DNA of 64,000 nt from assembly GCA_964016885.1 (NCBI GenBank), contig OZ024741.1, forward strand, positions 20,026,001 to 20,090,000, written 5' to 3'. Shown one piece after another: positions 56,201 to 64,000 of this stretch. The translations under genes were made by a program, and so were the position numbers. This stretch comes from Eledone cirrhosa. Lineage: Eukaryota. Each line of letters starts with the position of its first letter. Within the stretch, counting starts at the first letter, position 1. The notes below the pieces were generated by a model that saw only the letters and a list, made by a program, of their open reading frames with translations, had not been told where the DNA came from and ran no database searches.

Positions 56201-59200
56201 ACCATCACTACCGTCATCAACATCACCATCACTACCGTCATCACCATCACCACCACCATCACTACCGTCATCACCATAACCTCCGCCATCACCATCATCA
56301 CCATCACTACCGTCATCACCATCACCACCATCACTACCGTCATCACCATCACCACCATCACTACCGTCATCACCATCACCACCATCACTACCGTCATCAC
56401 CATCACTATCACTACCGTCATCACCATCACCATCACTACCGTCATCACCATCACGACCATCACTACCGTCATCACCATCACCATCACTACCGTCATCACC
56501 ATCACCACCACCATCACTACCGTCATCACCATCACTACCATCACCATCACCACCACCATCACTACCGTCATCATCATCGCCATCACTACCGTCATCACCA
56601 CCACCATCACTACCGTCATCACCACCATCACCATCACTACCGTCATCACCATCACCACCACCATCACTACCGTCATCACCATCACCATCACTACCGTCAT
56701 CACCATCATCACCATCACTACCGTCATCACAATCACCACCATCACTACCGTTATCAACATCACCATCACTACCGTCATCACCATCACCACCACCATCACT
56801 ACCGTCATCACCATCACCATCACTACCGTCATCACCATCATCACAATCACCACCATCACTACCGTCATCACCATCATCACCATCACTACCGTCACCATGA
56901 CCATCACCATCACTACCGTCATCACCATCACCACTATCACTACCGTCATCACCATCACCACCATCACTACCGTCATCACCATCACCATCACTACCGTCAC
57001 AATCACCATCAACATCACTACCGTCATCACCATCATCACCATCACTACCGTCATCACCATCACCATCACTACCGTCATCACCACCACCATCACAACCGTC
57101 ATCACCATCACCATCACTACCGTCATCACCATCAGCATCACTACTGTCATCACCATAACCACCACCATCACTACCGTCATCACCATCGCCATCACTACCG
57201 TCATCAACATCACCATCACTACCGTCATCACCATCACCATCACTACCGTCATCGCCATCATCACCATCACTACCGTCATCACCATCACCACCATCACTAC
57301 CGTCATCACGATCACCATCACTACCGTCATCACCATCACCACCATCACTACCGTCATCACCATCACCACCACCATCACTACCGTCATCACCACCACCATC
57401 ACTACCGTCATCACGATCACCATCAATACCGTCATCACCATCACCACCATCACTACCGTCATCACCATCACCATCACTACCGTCATCACCATCACCATCA
57501 CTACCGTCATCACCATCACCATTACTACCGTCATCACCATCACCACCACCATCACTACCGTCATCACCATCGCCATCACTACCGTCATCAACATCACCAT
57601 CACTACCGTCATCACCATCACCACCACCATCACTACCGTCATCACCATCACCATCACTACCGTCATCACCATCATCACCATCACTACCGTCATCACAATC
57701 ACCACCAACACTACCGTTATCACCATCACCACCATCACTACCGTCATCACCATCACCACCATCACTACCGTCATCACCATCACCACCACCATCACTACCG
57801 TCATCACCATCACCACCATCACTACCTTCATCACCATCACCACCATCACTACCGTCATCACCATCACCATCACTACCGTCATCACCATCACCATCACTAC
57901 CGTCATCACCATCACCACCATCACTACCGTCATCATCATCGCCATCACTACCGTCATCAACATCACCATCACTACCGTCATCACCATCACCACCACCATC
58001 ACTACCGTCATCACCATCACCTCCGCCATCACCATCATCACCATCACTACTGTCATCACCATCACCACCATCACTATCGTCATCACCATCACCACCATCA
58101 CTACCGTCATCACCATCACCACCATCACTACCGTCATCACCATCACCACCATCACTACCGTCATCACCATCACCACCATCACTACCGTCATCACCATCAC
58201 TATCACTACCGTCATCACCATCACCATCACTACCGTCATCACCATCACGACCATCACTACCCTCATCACCATCACCATCACTACCGTTATCACCATCACC
58301 ACCACCATCACTACCGTCATCACCATCACTACCATCACCATCACCACCACCATCACTACCGTCATCATCATCGCCATCACTACCGTCATCACCACCACCA
58401 TCACTACCGTCATCACCACCACTACCGTCATCACCATCACCACCACCATCACTACCGTCATCACCATCACCATCACTACCGTCATCACCATCATCACCAT
58501 CACTACCGTCATCACAATCACCACCATCACTACCGTCATCAACATCACCATCACTACCGTCATCACCATCACCACCACCATCACTACCGTCATCACCATC
58601 ACCATCACTACCGTCATCACCATCACCACCATCACTATCGTCATCACCATCACCACCATCACTACCGTCATCATCATCGCCATCACTACCGTCATCAACA
58701 TCACCATCACTACCGTCATCACCATCACCACCACCATCACTACCGTCATCACCATCACCATCACTACCGTCATCACCATCACCACCATCACTACCGTCAT
58801 CACCATCACCATCACTACCGTCGTTACCATCACCACCATCAATACCGTCATCACCATCACCATCACTACCGTCATCACCACCATCACTACTGTCATCACC
58901 ATCACCACCACCATCACTACCGTCATCACCATCATCACCATCACTACCGTCATCACCATCATCGCCATCACTACCGTCATCACCATCACCATAACTACCG
59001 TCATCACCACCATCACCATCACTACCGTCACTATCACCACCACCTTCACTACCGTCATCACCACCACCATCACAACCGTCATCACCATCACCATCACTAC
59101 CGTCATCACCATCACCACCATCACTACCGTCATCACCACCACCATCACTACCGTCATCACCACCACCATCACTACCGTCATCACCATCATCACCATCACA

Positions 59201-62200
59201 ATCACTACCGTCACAATCACCATCACCATCACTACCGTCATCACCATCATCACCATCACTACCGTCATGACCATCACCATCACTACCGTCACAATCACCA
59301 TCACCATCACTTCCGTCATAACCATCACCACAATCACAACCGTCATCACCACCACCATCACAACCGTCATCACCGTCACCATCACTACCGTCATCACCAT
59401 CACCATCGCTACCGTCATCACTACCGTCATCACCATCACCAACATCACTACCGTCACCACCATCACCATCACAACCGTCATCACCGTCACCATCACTACC
59501 GTCATCACCACCAACATCACCACCATCACCACCATCACCATCACCATCACCACCACCACCATCACTACCGTCATCACCATCACCATCACTACCGTCATCA
59601 CCATCACCACCACCATCACTACCGTCATCACCACCACCATCACTACCGTCATCACCATCACTACCGTCACCATCACCATCATAACCATCACTAGCGTCAT
59701 CACCATCACCACCATCACTACCGTCATCACCATCACCATCACTACCGTCATCACGACCACCATCACTACCGTCATCACCACCAACACCTCTACCGTCATC
59801 ACCATCACCACCACCATCACTACCGTCATCACCATCACCATCACTACCGTCATCACCTTCACCAACATCACTACCGTCATCACCATCACCACCATCACTA
59901 CCGTCATCACCACTACTATCAATACCGTCACCATCACCATCACCATCACTACCGTCATCACCATCACCACCATCACTACCATCATCACCACCACCATCAC
60001 TACCGTCATCACCATCACAATCACTACCGTCATCACCATCACCACCACCATCACTACCTTCATCACCATCACCATCACCACCATCACTACCGTCATCACC
60101 ATCACCACCATCACTACCGTCATCACCATCACCACCATCACTACCGTGATCACCATCACCACCATCACTACCGTCATCACCATCACCACCATCACTACCG
60201 TCATCACCATCACCACCACCATCACTACCGTCATCACCATCACCACCATCACTACCTTCATCACCATCACCACCATCACTACCGTCATCACCATCACCAT
60301 CACTACCGTCATCACCATCACCATCACTACCGTCATCACCATCACCACCATCACTACCGTCATCATCATCGCCATCACTACCGTCATCAACATCACCATC
60401 ACTACCGTCATCACCATCACCACCACCATCACTACCGTCATCACCATCACCTCCGCCATCACCATCATCACCATCACTACTGTCATCACCATCACCACCA
60501 TCACTATCGTCATCACCATCACCACCATCACTACCGTCATCACCATCACCACCATCACTACCGTCATCACCATCACCACCATCACTACCGGCATCACCAT
60601 CACTATCACTACCGTCATCACCATCACCATCACTACCGTCATCACCATCACGACCATCACTACCCTCATCACCATCACCATCACTACCGTCATCACCATC
60701 ACCACCACCATCACTACCGTCATCACCATCACTACCATCACCATCACCACCACCATCACTACCGTCATCATCATCGCCATCACTACCGTCATCACCACCA
60801 CCATCACTACCGTCATCACCACCACTACCGTCATCACCATCACCACCACCATCACTACCGTCATCACCATCACCATCACTACCGTCATCACCATCATCAC
60901 CATCACTACCGTCATCACAATCACCACCATCACTACCGTCATCAACATCACCATCACTACCGTCATCACCATCACCACCACCATCACTACCGTCATCACC
61001 ATCACCATCACTACCGTCATCACCATCATCACCATCACTACCGTCATCACAATCACCACCATCACTACCGTCACCATCACCATCACCATCACTACCGTCA
61101 TCACCATCATCACCATCACTACCGTCATCACCATCACCACCATCACTACCGTCATCACCACCATCACCATCACTACCGTCATCACCATCACCACCACCAT
61201 CACTACCGTCATCACCATCACCATCACTACCGTCATCACCATCGCCACCATCACTACCGTCATCACCATCATCGCCATCACTACCGTCATCACCATCACC
61301 ACCACCATCACTACCGTCATCACCATCACCACCATCACTACCGTCATCACCATCACCATCACCATCACTACCGTCATCACCATCACCATCACTACAGTCA
61401 TCACCATCACCATCACTACCGTCATCAATATCACCATCACTACCGTCATCACCATCACGAACATCACTACCGGCATCACCATCACCATCACTACCGTCAT
61501 CACCATCACCACCACCATCACTACCGTCATCACCATCACCATCACTACCATCATCACCATCATCACCATCACTACCGTCATCACCATCACCACCATCACT
61601 ACCATCACCACCATCACAACCGTCATCACCATCACCACCACCATCACTACCGTCATCACCATCACCACCATCACTACCGTCATCACCATCACCACCACCA
61701 TCACTACCGTCATCACCATCACCACCATCACTACCGTCATCACCATCACCACCACCATCACTACCGTCATCACCATCACTACCGTCATCACCATCACCAT
61801 CACTACCGTCATCACCATCACCACCAACACTACCGTCATCATCATCACCATCACTACCGTCATCAACATCACCATCACTACCGTCATCACCATCACCACC
61901 ACCATCACTACCGTCATCACCATCACTACCGTCATCACCATCACCATCACTACCGTCATCACCATCACCACCAACACTACCGTCATCACCACCACCATCA
62001 CTACCGTCATCACCATAACCTCCGCCATCACCATCATCACCATCACTACCGTCATCACCATCACCACCATCACTACCGTCATCACCATCACCACCATCAC
62101 TACCGTCATCACCATCACCACCATCACTACCGTCATCACCATCACCACCATCACTACCGTCATCACCATCACCACCATCACTACCGTCATCACCATCACC

Positions 62201-64000
62201 ATCACTACCGTCATCACCATCACGACCATCACTACCGTCATCACCATCACCTCCGCCATCACCATCATCACCATCACTACTGTCATCACCATCACCACCA
62301 TCACTATCGTCATCACCATCACCACCATCACTACCGTCATCACCATCACCACCATCACTACCGTCATCACCATCACCACCATCACTACCGTCATCACCAT
62401 CACCACCATCACTACCGTCATCACCATCACTATCACTACCGTCATCACCATCACCATCACTACCGTCATCACCATCACGACCATCACTACCCTCATCACC
62501 ATCACCATCACTACCGTTATCACCATCACCACCACCATCACTACCGTCATCACCATCACTACCATCACCATCACCACCACCATCACTACCGTCATCATCA
62601 TCGCCATCACTACCGTCATCACCACCACCATCACTACCGTCATCACCACCACTACCGTCATCACCATCACCACCACCATCACTACCGTCATCACCATCAC
62701 CATCACTACCGTCATCACCATCATCACCATCACTACCGTCATCACAATCACCACCATCACTACCGTCATCAACATCACCATCACTAACGTCATCACCATC
62801 ACCACCACCATCACTACCGTCATCACCATCACCATCACTACCGTCATCACCATCACCACCATCACTATCGTCATCACCATCACCACCATCACTACCGTCA
62901 TCATCATCGCCATCACTACCGTCATCAACATCACCATCACTACCGTCATCACCATCACCACCACCATCACTACCGTCATCACCATCACCATCACTACCGT
63001 CATCACCATCACCACCATCACTACCGTCATCACCATCACCATCACTACCGTCGTTACCATCACCACCATCAATACCGTCATCACCATCACCATCACTACC
63101 GTCATCACCACCATCACTACTGTCATCCCCATCACCACCACCATCACTACCGTCATCACCATCATCACCATCACTACCGTCATCACCATCATCGCCATCA
63201 CTACCGTCATCACCATCACTATAACTACCGTCATCACCACCATCACCATCACTACCGTCACCATCACCACCACCTTCACTACCGTCATCACCACCACCAT
63301 CACAACCGTCATCACCATCACCATCACTACCGTCATCACCATCACCACCATCACTACCGTCATCACCACCACCATCACTACCGTCATCACCACCACCATC
63401 ACTACCGTCATCACCATCATCACCATCACAATCACTACCGTCACAATCACCATCACCATCACTACCGTCATCACCATCATCACCATCACTACCGTCATGA
63501 CCATCACCATCACTACCGTCACAATCACCATCACCATCACTACCGTCATAACCATCACCACAATCACTACCGTCATCACCACCACCATCACAACCGTCAT
63601 CACCGTCACCATCACTACCGTCATCACCATCACCATCGCTACCGTCATCACTACCGTCATCACCATCACCAACATCACTACCGTCACCACCATCACCATC
63701 ACAACCGTCATCACCGTCACCATCACTACCGTCATCACCACCAACATCACCACCATCACCACCATCACCATCACCATCACCACCACCACCATCACTACCG
63801 TCATCACCATCACCATCACTACCGTCATCACCATCACCACCACCATCACTACCGTCATCACCACCACCATCACTACCGTCATCACCATCACTACCGTCAC
63901 CATCACCATCATAACCATCACTAGCGTCATCACCATCACCACCATCACTACCGTCATCACCATCACCATCACTACCGTCATCACGACCACCATCACTACC

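Larger units (their letters stand above)
19581..64000. repeat. >44-kb triplet-based satellite; monomer ACT-ACC-GTC-ATC-ACC-(ATC/ACC)n-ATC, mostly 15-27 bp in steps of 3; open at the right window edge
   Basis: A near-invariant anchor ATCACTACCGTCATCACC separated by variable ATC/ACC triplets throughout; degenerate left edge at 19581-~19750. Confidence 0.98.

Noticed and set aside
40972-63996. 7674-aa, 3989-aa, 3143-aa and 683-aa V/M/T ORFs on the minus strand
   Set aside because: Codons GTG/ATG/GTA/ACG cannot reach a stop by one substitution; the ORFs begin and end at phase slips or array edges and have no unique domain.

Overview
Eukaryotic, repeat-dominated window with no credible protein-coding gene, RNA gene or CRISPR array. 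It has three parts. (1) 1-15657: a 23-bp tandem satellite (GTTGTTAAGTTATCATC[T/A/G]CTGTC) with internal block duplications. (2) ~15660-19580: a ~4-kb island holding a 141-bp dimer, several decayed SINE-like copies, microsatellites and a near-perfect 157-bp-arm palindrome embedded in (TA)n. (3) 19581 to the window end: a >44-kb satellite built almost only from ACC/ATC/ACT/GTC triplets, with nested higher-order repeats (15-27 bp, 180 bp, ~1.5 kb, 4-6 kb, ~9.5 kb) and only two independent breaks of triplet phase that I could find. From memory, the SINE motifs resemble octopus/cephalopod tRNA-derived SINEs; this is unverified. The giant ORFs in the track follow mechanically from triplet composition and are not evidence of genes. 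The most notable items are the TA-embedded asymmetric hairpin element and the architecture and possible coding capacity of the triplet satellite. I cannot support a claim of a new biological system from sequence alone. Coordinates and offsets were read by eye from diagnostic variants.
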